A stretch of DNA of 34,925 nucleotides, from NCBI GenBank assembly GCA_045105515.1, contig JBGCDR010000393.1, positions 1 to 34,925 of the forward strand, in the 5' to 3' direction. Within the stretch, counting starts at the first letter, position 1. Each line of letters opens with the position of its first letter. The translations under genes were made by a program, and so were the position numbers. The notes below the pieces were generated by a model, which was not told the origin of the DNA, made no database searches, and was given only the letters and a program-made list of their open reading frames with translations. Origin of the DNA: Oligoflexales bacterium. Its GTDB lineage: Bacteria > Bdellovibrionota_B > Oligoflexia > Oligoflexales > Bog-1112. Of this stretch, positions 1 to 8,991 are shown one piece after another.

Positions 1-138
1 CATCGTTTAATCATAGCATGTTGATATTACATATATATTATATGGCGGTTTTTTCTGTTTTTACATCATATCTTTTGCGGTTTCAGTGATTATACATGGA
101 AAGTAGGTGTTAATGGGAGCTTAATCTTCGTCTTGCCA

Positions 139-198
139 GTAAGTAACTAAAGTCCCAATAGATGTGTTGGTAAGTAACTAAAAGTCCCAATAGATATG
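139..198. repeat. Imperfect tandem direct repeat (28/29 bp) duplicating the 3' end and stop codon of the cytochrome-porin gene
   Basis: gtaagtaactaaagtcccaatagatgtg (139-166) vs gtaagtaactaaaagtcccaatagatatg (170-198): one indel, one mismatch, 3-bp spacer. Confidence 0.9.
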
Positions 199-1377
199 CC
201 CTAACACTAGACTATCGACAAGTGTTCGTGCACCAGATTCAAAACGCCTCCATAACTCAAACTGTAAATTAGGAACCGGGTGCCAGTCTATAGACAGACT
301 CCGCCTATGACTTGCTTTTGCTAGCTGCTCAAGTTCTTCGAAGATCAAAGCAAGAGAAACCCCTGGAACCCCAACAAAAGTAAGACTGTAGTCACCAATC
401 TTAGAGGAAGGATGTAAGCGAATTCCTTCACCTCGATAGCTTGCAGTTTCATCAAGTTCAAGGTTTAACCAGCCAACACTGCGAGAATTGTTTTCGCCCA
501 TTAGAACAAAATCTGCTAATTTTAAACCTCCTCCAATAGCATGCATCGAAATTTCAGCTTTTTCTGATTTTGTTTTCCAGTAGCTCCCATGAATATGCCA
601 ACCGAAACTAACCCCTCTTAGACCTCCGTGCAAACTGAAACCCTTTTGTTTATCTTCTTTATTCTGACCTGGACTTCCATTTATAGCAGTAGCATGAATA
701 AAGGGAACAGTAGGGGTGCCACCAAAACTCAAACCATCAATTAACGCATATGGTGTAAAGCCCAACTTCTCTCTGATCCATCGGCTATGATTTGAATGCC
801 GTAAACCATATACTGAGTAACCTCTAAAGGCTCGCAAATATAAGTTGAAAGGCAATGCATCGATCATAATACTATATTTTTGTTGGAACCTTCGTGGATC
901 ATTTATTGTAGCCCTAAAGCTCTGATCTCCAACCCTTCCTAGAAAATTTGCTTGGTACATTAGGTGAACCCAGTTAATCAATGGCCTAACACGCATAGAA
1001 ATTTCTGAGTCCATTGGAAAAGTTCTGCTTGAATCTTCGGTCATTCTTTGGATGATCCGACCATCATAATGTAAATCAAACCGGCTTTTATCATCTAAGG
1101 GGTCAATAGGCTCAAAAAAATTAACGCTGGCAAGTGCCTCATTTTCGAAATAGTACCCCCATTGGTTTCTTGGTCCGGCACCATTTGGATCAACATGACA
1201 ACCCTGACAGTCAAGGGTACATCTGCGACTCGATACTTCTACTTCACTTCTTCCCGGACGATGGCATGCACCGCATTGATTTGAAGCTTGGACAGCAAAT
1301 AACGGAGTTGCTTCTAGGCTTTCCCAAGCACGAAAAAAACAAAGCGTGAAATAGATTCCAAAGATGGCTCTCTTCAT
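178..1377 (-). CDS. Diheme c-type cytochrome fused to a putative outer-membrane beta-barrel (Cyc2-like cytochrome-porin)
   Basis: Signal peptide MKRAIFG...LEA (ATG 1377 preferred; ORF extends to 1413); P-L-F-A-x-Q before CGACH (1261-1275); second motif CQGCH (1195-1209) followed by P-x-G-x-G-x-x-N-x-W-G-x-x-F; amphipathic beta-strand-rich C-terminal part ending in HIYWDF. Confidence 0.7.
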   Translation of the reverse strand: MKRAIFGIYFTLCFFRAWESLEATPLFAVQASNQCGACHRPGRSEVEVSSRRCTLDCQGCHVDPNGAGPRNQWGYYFENEALASVNFFEPIDPLDDKSRFDLHYDGRIIQRMTEDSSRTFPMDSEISMRVRPLINWVHLMYQANFLGRVGDQSFRATINDPRRFQQKYSIMIDALPFNLYLRAFRGYSVYGLRHSNHSRWIREKLGFTPYALIDGLSFGGTPTVPFIHATAINGSPGQNKEDKQKGFSLHGGLRGVSFGWHIHGSYWKTKSEKAEISMHAIGGGLKLADFVLMGENNSRSVGWLNLELDETASYRGEGIRLHPSSKIGDYSLTFVGVPGVSLALIFEELEQLAKASHRRSLSIDWHPVPNLQFELWRRFESGARTLVDSLVLGHIYWDF

Positions 1378-1497
1378 AGGAGCGATTCTCACTAAAATCT
1401 TTAAATTAAACATGACTTAAACTATTTAAAAGTCTCCTAAACTTAGTTAAAATATCATCTTCAGCAATATGATCACTAACAATTTAACGATAATCTA

Positions 1498-1938
1498 ATG
1501 GAACAACACAGATTAATTTCAATATTCCTTTTTTCCCTTCTATGCATTACTCATTTGTTAGCGGGAACCAGCTGCAGCGATGAAAGTGCGAAAACCCGTC
1601 AAATAAGAGCACATAGCCATGTAATTGAAGGTATCCCTCATGCAATTGGTCTAAACCATGCAGAGCGATATTGCCGACATTGCCATGGTGTGGGGCTAAG
1701 TGGTGGCAAAGATCTAGAGCCTTCATGCTATACTTGCCATGGAAAGAAATGGCTAGATTCTGATTCAAATCAAGTCCATGCTCCTACAAACCACACGAAT
1801 CAATATGGGCATTGGTTTCATGACCCAAACCATGGGAATGCTGAAGCTAGCTGCTCTTCATGCCATGGTGAGAACTTAGAGGGAGAGATAAACGTTGGTG
1901 TTCCCTCCTGCTTTCTATGTCACGAAAAAACATGGTAA
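1498..1938 (+). CDS. Tetraheme c-type cytochrome, probable lipoprotein
   Basis: Four CxxCH motifs (CRHCH, CYTCH, CSSCH, CFLCH), extra His residues, hydrophobic N-terminus ending in a lipobox-like AGTSC. Confidence 0.85.
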   Translation: MEQHRLISIFLFSLLCITHLLAGTSCSDESAKTRQIRAHSHVIEGIPHAIGLNHAERYCRHCHGVGLSGGKDLEPSCYTCHGKKWLDSDSNQVHAPTNHTNQYGHWFHDPNHGNAEASCSSCHGENLEGEINVGVPSCFLCHEKTW

Positions 1939-1961
1939 GAACAATGGCATTTTCTTGAATG

Positions 1962-3254
1962 CTAAAAAAACTGCTGAACACCAAAGCTAATTGGGTTTTC
2001 ATCATCCTTGTGAATTGGCTTAGCATAATCTATACGCAGGACTAAGCGATATATTTTTGGTGAAATTACCCTAAGTCCCATACCCAAACTTGCAGCCGAC
2101 TGTTCTGCTAGATCATGATCACTAAGAGCAATTCCAATTGAATCATAGAAGAAGATGTGTTGTAAGACAAACCATCTTGATTTCCATGATGGTATGCGAT
2201 ACTCGAAGTTATTCATCCAATAATTTTTAGCTCGAAACCTTGATTCCTTAAAACCACGGATGCGATCTAAACCTCCTAGATAATACATATACGGTTCTGA
2301 ATTTACGGTGCTGATACCAAGTCCCACTCTAGCACCAATTGTGCTGCGAAAAGGAAGAGACTTAAACCATTTGAGTTCCTCTTCTAACCTAAAAAATTGA
2401 AGATCCGAGCCGAGTCCTTTCGAACTGATTTCGAAATTGCTAGACATCTCGAGCCCATCTATAAGGTAACTGTTATAATCTAGCCTTCCTAATTTTGCTT
2501 TGAAATTCACCAGCAGAATATTAGCATTTTCAGGCATTCCTTGATAATCTGCCACTTCATCCACATTAGGAGAAAAATCACTAGTAAATTCGTCATGATT
2601 AATCTGCAAACCAATCCCAGTCTTAAGCCACCATGTCCACTCCTTTTCCAGGAAAACGACTCCTCTTTTTCTGAGCAGCATATAACCACCTTCGACTGAA
2701 TTTTCTTTCCCCCAAATATTGTAAAGAGTGCGTTCTCTAGCTACTGACCAAAGATTTAGAAAAAGTTCCAATCTTTTTCCTAAAAAACGTCGATTACGAT
2801 ACCAAAGTACCCCTGAATTTTTATCTCGAATTCGCTCATACTGCCCTCCAAGCTCCAAATATCTTCCAAACACATTGATGTCATACGATCCGATGATAAG
2901 CTGAGTAGCTCCACCTCCTGAAGAATATTTAAAGATTGGTATTGTTGTCCACCGCTCATCTACCGTAATAGTTAGGATACTCACTTGAGGTGACTGACCT
3001 GGAGTCAAAACACACTCAGCCGTAGCAAATACCTGCAGGTTTCGAAGTCGCTGACAACTTTCTTCGATCTGCTTATAGGTATATGGCTTACCAATATTCA
3101 CAAGCAGCTCTCGTTCCACAACAAAACGCTGTGTCCGGTTTAATCCTACAATATTTATACTTTCAATGGTTTTTGCAAAAAGAAAACTATTGTGAAGGAA
3201 CACCGCTACAACTAAGAATAATAACTTTAACTTCTCTTGAACCATGTAGAGCAC
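1962..3254 (-). CDS. Omp85 (BamA/TamA) superfamily outer-membrane protein with one POTRA domain
   Basis: Signal peptide; POTRA-like IESINIVGLNRT..VVEREL..RLRNLQVF; barrel motifs LGGLDRIRGF, NFEYR, LRIDYA; C-terminal QQFF. Confidence 0.85.
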   Translation of the reverse strand: MLYMVQEKLKLLFLVVAVFLHNSFLFAKTIESINIVGLNRTQRFVVERELLVNIGKPYTYKQIEESCQRLRNLQVFATAECVLTPGQSPQVSILTITVDERWTTIPIFKYSSGGGATQLIIGSYDINVFGRYLELGGQYERIRDKNSGVLWYRNRRFLGKRLELFLNLWSVARERTLYNIWGKENSVEGGYMLLRKRGVVFLEKEWTWWLKTGIGLQINHDEFTSDFSPNVDEVADYQGMPENANILLVNFKAKLGRLDYNSYLIDGLEMSSNFEISSKGLGSDLQFFRLEEELKWFKSLPFRSTIGARVGLGISTVNSEPYMYYLGGLDRIRGFKESRFRAKNYWMNNFEYRIPSWKSRWFVLQHIFFYDSIGIALSDHDLAEQSAASLGMGLRVISPKIYRLVLRIDYAKPIHKDDENPISFGVQQFF

Positions 3255-3301
3255 CCACTTAGTAATCTATCTACCGATTCGAAAATTAGAGCGGTGGCTT
3301 T

Positions 3302-4123
3302 CTATTTAGATCTTTTATCAGTATCTATTTTTTTTAAGTAGTCATGTTTGAGCCTATAAAATTCCTGATCTTTTCTTTTTATGGCTGAAACAATTCCAGA
3401 TCTACGTCGGGTTCGTCCTGCAGTCACCTTAAATGCAGGACCGGCTTCTTTTTCATCACACGCTAAACAGGAATTAAGGCTGCCATCTTGTCCATTAAAG
3501 TTCTCATCTTTCCACCATGATTTGATGCAAATCGTTGAGCATTTTCTCCTGGTCTGGGCGATATTGTAATACCATGTCTCAGCACAAGGCCTTGTAAACC
3601 CTAAACGTAGGAGGCATTGCATGACTGGCCATCGAAAACTAAGAGCAGCACATTTTCGCACTGGAGAAGTTAAATTTGGTTTCTCTAAATATACTTTTAA
3701 GTCCTTTGCAGTACTACAAGTTCCACAAGACCCTTTGTGGGTAATATGGAACCCACTTTCAAATAAATCTGACTGTTTACTAAAAGTTCTCAATTTATAA
3801 TCACTAGATTTTGTGTCAATTTTTATACCACAATAGTTCTTTTCTGATTTTTCTAGCTGCTTATTCCAGTAAGTATTAGGCTTTTTATATGGATCTTTAA
3901 CCTGTAATGGTATTGAATGCTCACTGTAGATAGGGTTATTTCCAAAAACAATTATAAATGAATTGAATGAAAAGACATCTAATGATTTCTTTTCTTTAGT
4001 TTTCTGGGACTCTTGAGCCTTCAGAGGTTCAATTTGACAGAAAGAAGATAGCAAAAAAAATACTAAAACGACACTTTTCAACTGGTCAGACCTCTCTATT
4101 AGCTGAATTTTAGTATTCTGCAT
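3302..4123 (-). CDS. Cysteine-rich exported hypothetical protein
   Basis: 273-aa ORF with N-terminal hydrophobic stretch and 10 Cys in the mature region (CGTC, CSTIC, CLAC etc.); no CxxCH. Confidence 0.7.
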   Translation of the reverse strand: MQNTKIQLIERSDQLKSVVLVFFLLSSFCQIEPLKAQESQKTKEKKSLDVFSFNSFIIVFGNNPIYSEHSIPLQVKDPYKKPNTYWNKQLEKSEKNYCGIKIDTKSSDYKLRTFSKQSDLFESGFHITHKGSCGTCSTAKDLKVYLEKPNLTSPVRKCAALSFRWPVMQCLLRLGFTRPCAETWYYNIAQTRRKCSTICIKSWWKDENFNGQDGSLNSCLACDEKEAGPAFKVTAGRTRRRSGIVSAIKRKDQEFYRLKHDYLKKIDTDKRSK

Positions 4124-4155
4124 AAAAATTGGGGGTTATAAAATTATCATATCTC

Positions 4156-4704
4156 TTAAAAAACTATAGTACTTTCAGTAGGAACTTTTTCTTCTGGAAG
4201 ACCCTCAATATACTTTCTAATTATCGTTCTTTCCTCTTGGCAAGTTGTTAGGTTTAATAAGTCTTCACCAATTTCTAACATTTTTGCATGATCAACTGGC
4301 GATTTTTCAAAAATTTTTCTTTTCTCAAGCCAATAATGTGAAATTTTTGAACTGTTTTCTAATATTTGGCGCATGCGATCCTGAAACTGCAATGCGTAGA
4401 TCAAAGGACACGCCAATTCACTCATTTCTCGGTGATTACTGCCTAGATCCGTTAACTCTTTTACCACCTGGTTAATCGAAACCTGTCGCTGTTCAAGAAC
4501 TTCTTTTATTCTATCTTTAACATCACCCAGTAGATCATAAGTTTCCTTAGACATTTTTGATCGTCTGTCTACATCATCCATTACTATTTTCAGAGTATCA
4601 GTAATATTATTAATTTCATTTTCGGATTCATCGATGGACCATTGAATAGATCGTTTAGCAAAGTGATTAAAATTATCTAGAAGTTCAATTTTTTTGTTGC
4701 TCAT
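4156..4704 (-). CDS. Helical chemotaxis-associated protein, CheZ-like/MCP-tail-like
   Basis: Coiled-coil character; LQFQDRMRQIL motif (DxxxQ); GAGGTG SD before ATG 4704 (ORF track starts at GTG 4710). Confidence 0.5.
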   Translation of the reverse strand: MSNKKIELLDNFNHFAKRSIQWSIDESENEINNITDTLKIVMDDVDRRSKMSKETYDLLGDVKDRIKEVLEQRQVSINQVVKELTDLGSNHREMSELACPLIYALQFQDRMRQILENSSKISHYWLEKRKIFEKSPVDHAKMLEIGEDLLNLTTCQEERTIIRKYIEGLPEEKVPTESTIVF

Positions 4705-4750
4705 AGTCACCTCAAAAATTTAAATACCAAAATGAAATAGACTCGACTTA

Positions 4751-5086
4751 TCATCGAGGTTCTCCTGAATAGCCTCTTCTCCAGTCTTTCTTAATTCTTT
4801 TTTGTAATTGTTCACCGAAGTCTGAAGTTTCGCTGTTATAATTTTCAGTTTTTTCAGTATGAACAATAGATCCGAAATATAGATCGTGAAATTCCGGTAG
4901 ACTGTTATGATTCTCTTTTACGAGAAAATTCTTAGAGGGCATTAGGATTTGCATCACATTTTCGCGAGCACAATTTCCCACTTTAGCATAAAAACCCTTA
5001 GTCATGGTACAAAAAATCCGATCCCATACATTTATAATATAGGTATTTTTAGTTACCATATGCTTAACATTGTTCACTTTAGCCAT
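4751..5086 (-). CDS. Hypothetical protein (111 aa)
   Basis: ATG-started ORF, purine-rich upstream sequence, fills the gap co-oriented with neighbours; no recognised motif. Confidence 0.55.
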   Translation of the reverse strand: MAKVNNVKHMVTKNTYIINVWDRIFCTMTKGFYAKVGNCARENVMQILMPSKNFLVKENHNSLPEFHDLYFGSIVHTEKTENYNSETSDFGEQLQKRIKKDWRRGYSGEPR

Positions 5087-5234
5087 TGGTTAACAACCTA
5101 TCCCTCGAATAGCACCTTAATACATTTCTAAGCTACTTGAATAGTGTTCGGTCAGAACTAGAAACATCTAAAGTTTTCATAGCCTATCATCTTATTACTA
5201 TTGATTTAATTTGGATATATGTGCGCTTGAAGAG

Positions 5235-5262
5235 AAAAAGTCCCAGGCAGCAAGGCCTAGAA
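5235..5262 (-). terminator. Intrinsic terminator after etfA
   Basis: Minus-strand stem UUCUAGGC/GCCUGGGA (with GU pairs), 6-nt loop, followed by CUUUUU. Confidence 0.55.
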
Positions 5263-5314
5263 ATTTGTTTTTTTAAATAATCTTTTAGAAGTAAAGCTAT
5301 TGACTTTCACTGCT

Positions 5315-6286
5315 TTATTTAAGGACCTCTTCGAGCTTACTTGTTAAAACAGGGACAGCCTCAAACAAATCAGCGACAATTCCGTAATCTGCAATAGAGA
5401 ATATAGGAGCATCGGGGTCAGTGTTAATAGCAACAATCACCTTGGAAGTCCTCATACCAGCCATATGCTGAATAGATCCGCTAATACCACAGGCAATATA
5501 AAGACTCGGATTTACCGTCTTGCCTGTTTGACCAACCTGCATATCATGACCTGCATAACCTGAGTCAACAGCAGCACGTGAAGCCCCTACAGTTGCAGAA
5601 ACTGCCTCTGCACAATCGTGCAAAATCTTAAAATTTTCTGCATTCCCCATAGCTCTTCCACCAGAGACAATTCGAGTTGCTTCAGTTAAGTCTTGTTTAT
5701 CTGATTTGCCCTTACGAACCTCGAGAATCTTCAAACTCTGATCTTGAACTGGTGCAACATTTAAAACTTTCACTTCTGCATTTCCAGAGCTTTCTTTGCT
5801 TGGAAAAACATTAGGCCTCAAGGTAACAAATTTGATCCCAGCTCCCTGAAATTCAACCTTTGCAAGCACCTTACCAGCATACATAGGTTTAGTCCCTCCA
5901 GTGAAACCTCCATCTAAATCAAGGTCTACCAGATCGGTAATTAAACCCGAATTACACCTTGCTGCAAGTCTAGGAAATAAATCTCTTCCCATTGGAGACG
6001 CAATTCCTAAGACTACATCAGGTTTAAATTCATCAATTGCAGCCTTGGCGGCAGCTGCATAATTAAGGGCATTGTATTTTTCGAACTCAGTATTTTGTGC
6101 TACAAAAATAGTATCAGCACCGTAGCTCTTAACTTCGCCAGAGAGGTTTTCCACCTCATGCCCTACTATCAGGCCAGCCACATCACTCGTTTTACCATCA
6201 CTGATTTTAGATGCAGTAGTTAAAGCTTCTAAAGCAGATGATTTTAGCTTTCCTTCTCTTTGTTCTAAAAAAACCAGTACTTTCAT
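5315..6286 (-). CDS. etfA: Electron transfer flavoprotein alpha subunit
   Basis: VSGGRAMG, VGASRAAVDSG, QVGQTGKTVNPSLYIACGISGSIQH, AINTDPDAPIF. Confidence 0.97.
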   Translation of the reverse strand: MKVLVFLEQREGKLKSSALEALTTASKISDGKTSDVAGLIVGHEVENLSGEVKSYGADTIFVAQNTEFEKYNALNYAAAAKAAIDEFKPDVVLGIASPMGRDLFPRLAARCNSGLITDLVDLDLDGGFTGGTKPMYAGKVLAKVEFQGAGIKFVTLRPNVFPSKESSGNAEVKVLNVAPVQDQSLKILEVRKGKSDKQDLTEATRIVSGGRAMGNAENFKILHDCAEAVSATVGASRAAVDSGYAGHDMQVGQTGKTVNPSLYIACGISGSIQHMAGMRTSKVIVAINTDPDAPIFSIADYGIVADLFEAVPVLTSKLEEVLK

Positions 6287-6295
6287 TTCTGCCTC

Positions 6296-7087
6296 CTATA
6301 AGATCTTGGCTTCTTCACGAAGCAGCTTGACAACCTTTGATACCATTTCTTCTACCGGCTCGTCCTTGAACAACTTTCCAGCAGGTTTTTCTGGAGGCAA
6401 CCCATATGAAGCAACAAGAGTTGAATTTTCTGATTTCAATTGACCGACATCTATCCCAATATCTCCTGGAGTTTTCTGATCGAATGGCTTGCGTTTAGCC
6501 TTCATAATTCCCGGAAGCGAGGCATAGCGAGGTGTATTTAAAGCTTTGTGAGCACCGAATACTGCTGGAAGTTTAACTTCGTAAACTTCAACCTGACCTC
6601 CTTCAACCTCTCGCTCAACTTTAGCTGTGTCACCATTTAGCTCAAGTTTGGTCACTACATTAACATGAGGCCATGAAAGCAGTTCTGCAGTCATAGTACC
6701 CACATGCATGTTGTCATCATCGATACCCTGCTTACCACACAGGACAATTTGTGGATTTTCTTGCTTAATACAAGCACTCAAGACTTTAGCAACGGTGAGC
6801 CCATCAGATTGCTCCAAGCCATCATTGCTGATCAACAAACCCCGATCAGCACCCATTGCAAGTCCTCTTAGAATTCTTTCTTTAACATCTGAGCTACCAA
6901 AGCTGGCAATAACAACTTCGCCATTCCCAAGTTTTTTCTTGATTAGAAGAGCCTCTTCAATGGCAAACTCATCATAGGGATTAACAATGTACTTGACTCC
7001 AGATGACTCGATTTCTTTGCCATTACCGCTTATTTGAATCTTAGCCTCAGTGTCAGGAGTCTGTTTTAATAAAACGAGGATTTTCAC
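6296..7087 (-). CDS. etfB: Electron transfer flavoprotein beta subunit
   Basis: KILVLLKQTPDT, NPYDEFAIEEAL, LAMGADRG, GKQGIDDD, NTPRYASLPGIMKAK; start placed at GTG 7087 after a GGAGGT SD. Confidence 0.97.
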   Translation of the reverse strand: MKILVLLKQTPDTEAKIQISGNGKEIESSGVKYIVNPYDEFAIEEALLIKKKLGNGEVVIASFGSSDVKERILRGLAMGADRGLLISNDGLEQSDGLTVAKVLSACIKQENPQIVLCGKQGIDDDNMHVGTMTAELLSWPHVNVVTKLELNGDTAKVEREVEGGQVEVYEVKLPAVFGAHKALNTPRYASLPGIMKAKRKPFDQKTPGDIGIDVGQLKSENSTLVASYGLPPEKPAGKLFKDEPVEEMVSKVVKLLREEAKIL

Positions 7088-7152
7088 AGGAACCTCCATT
7101 TCCACAGGATTGTTGAATAACCTCAAGGCAATTTATCAGTACGCTCTCGCTT

Positions 7153-8325
7153 TTACAAGGTACGACCATGATAGCTATGCCAGAAAATTTGAGCCACTGA
7201 AACGCCCGCCTTTTCATGACCAAGTACCTTTAACTCTTCTTGAAGGGCTATAAGTCCTGATACGATATCATCGAGGTCGAAATAACCCATATGAGCAAAT
7301 CTAAGTAATCGGCCTTTGTATTCATCTTGCCCACCTGCAAAAATCATTTGGCGTTTTTCTGCCAACTCTCGCAGCAGAAAGGTTCCATCTATGTTGTTTG
7401 GAAGCAGTACAGAACTTAGACCACATGCTGGGTTTTCAGAAAAAAGTTCCAAACCCATTTGTGATAAGCTAGTTCTTACTGCTTCAGCTACCACTTGATG
7501 CTTGCGATGAATCTGTTCAAAACCAAGCTTATTAATGTAATCCAGAGAACGCTCAAGCATGAGAATCAAATGAGTTGCTGGGGTAAATGCAGATTTACCA
7601 TCTTTTTGCTCTTTTAATTCCCTTCGAAGATCAAAATAAAACTTAGGCCTTTTTGTTATTCGTGAGACTGCTTTTTCCGAAAGATTAATAAAAGCTAGCC
7701 CTGGAGGTATTCCAAGACCCTTTTGACTTCCAGTGACCAGAGCATCAATACCCCACTCATCCATTTTGATCATTTCTGACGCAAAACCAGATACAGCATC
7801 AAGCACCACCAGGGCATCACTATGGTCTTTGACCACTTGAGCAAGCTCTTGAACTGGTAAAGCCACCCCTGTTGAAGTTTCAAGGGCTTGAAAAAATACT
7901 GCTTTTACATTGGTAAGTGATTTTAACCTTGAAGCTAAATCACTTGGTGCTGGAGCTTTCCCCCAAGGCACCTTTATTTCCTCTAAATTACAGGCATATG
8001 CCTCACACAATTGACTCCACCTTTGTCCGAATTTTCCACCATTGATAACAACAACTTGATCCTTCACATCAGTTAAATTCACCACCGCAGATTCCAAAGC
8101 TCCTGTGCCAGAAGAACTCAAGATAAGAGGCAACTGCTTACTAGACATCACTTTTGCCAATAATTTTCGACACTTAATAAAGACAGTATAAAATTCTTGC
8201 GTTCTGTGATATGGATTCTTTTCTAAGGCTGCCATCTGGAATTGCAAAGGAATGGGAGTGGGTCCAGGGGAAAATAACCTCTGTTTTCTTATTTCATCAT
8301 TCATTTTTGAATGGCCCTTATTCAA
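7153..8325 (-). CDS. Class V PLP-dependent aminotransferase (serine-pyruvate/alanine-glyoxylate type)
   Basis: LFSPGPTP, SSGTGALES, NGGKFGQRW, ETSTGV, DAVS, TGSQKGLGIPPG (PLP lysine), RFAHMG. Confidence 0.93.
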   Translation of the reverse strand: MNKGHSKMNDEIRKQRLFSPGPTPIPLQFQMAALEKNPYHRTQEFYTVFIKCRKLLAKVMSSKQLPLILSSSGTGALESAVVNLTDVKDQVVVINGGKFGQRWSQLCEAYACNLEEIKVPWGKAPAPSDLASRLKSLTNVKAVFFQALETSTGVALPVQELAQVVKDHSDALVVLDAVSGFASEMIKMDEWGIDALVTGSQKGLGIPPGLAFINLSEKAVSRITKRPKFYFDLRRELKEQKDGKSAFTPATHLILMLERSLDYINKLGFEQIHRKHQVVAEAVRTSLSQMGLELFSENPACGLSSVLLPNNIDGTFLLRELAEKRQMIFAGGQDEYKGRLLRFAHMGYFDLDDIVSGLIALQEELKVLGHEKAGVSVAQIFWHSYHGRTL

Positions 8326-8349
8326 TAGGAATTAAAGGAAGAGACACAA

Positions 8350-8964
8350 ATGCTACCACTTACCGCCAGTATTAGCATGCTGGCATTGGCCCCTTTACTC
8401 TATAAGATCGCATCACATTTCCAAGTGTTTTGGTCCTATACCCACAAAATTTTAGTGAGCACAGTTACTTCACTAGTAGTCCTCCATCTATTACCAGAAA
8501 GCATAAGGACTGCGGGTTGGTTAACTTTGGTAGGAGCTTTTGCTGGGCTTTGGCTTCCCCCATTGTTGGAACGTCTTTGGTCATCCAAGGCTCACACCGT
8601 ACACTTAACCTCTCTCCTAATTGCTATACTTGGATTAACCATCCATGGGATGATGGATGGAGCTGCTCTCAGTAGCCCTCAGTTTGCTATCAGTAGCCAA
8701 ACTAATTCACTAATCTTAAAGTGGGCGGTAATTTTACACCGTCTTCCTGCTGCACTTTTACTTTGGAGCTTATTTTATCCGAAAAAAGGTGGCTTATTCC
8801 CCACTTTTCTTCTAGCGGTACTCGGGATTGCAACCATTATTGGCTATTCATTTGGAAGTCAATTTTTGGAAAGCTTAAATGACGTGACCTACTATTATCA
8901 CTTCCAAGCACTTGTTTCAGGATCTTTATTGCATATTGCTTTTGATACCCACGAAGACCACTAA
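8350..8964 (+). CDS. ZIP-like divalent metal transporter
   Basis: Multiple TM helices; HLLPES, IHGMMDG, ILHRLP, GSLLHI motifs. Confidence 0.7.
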   Translation: MLPLTASISMLALAPLLYKIASHFQVFWSYTHKILVSTVTSLVVLHLLPESIRTAGWLTLVGAFAGLWLPPLLERLWSSKAHTVHLTSLLIAILGLTIHGMMDGAALSSPQFAISSQTNSLILKWAVILHRLPAALLLWSLFYPKKGGLFPTFLLAVLGIATIIGYSFGSQFLESLNDVTYYYHFQALVSGSLLHIAFDTHEDH

Positions 8965-8991
8965 ACAAATACTTTGAAGGCAAACTAATCT

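Noticed and set aside
139..198. Repeat pair as a CRISPR remnant
   Set aside because: Only two copies, a 3-bp spacer, overlaps a coding end, no cas genes
7088..7126. N-terminal extension of EtfB in the ORF track
   Set aside because: Homology begins at GTG 7087, which has a good GGAGGT SD
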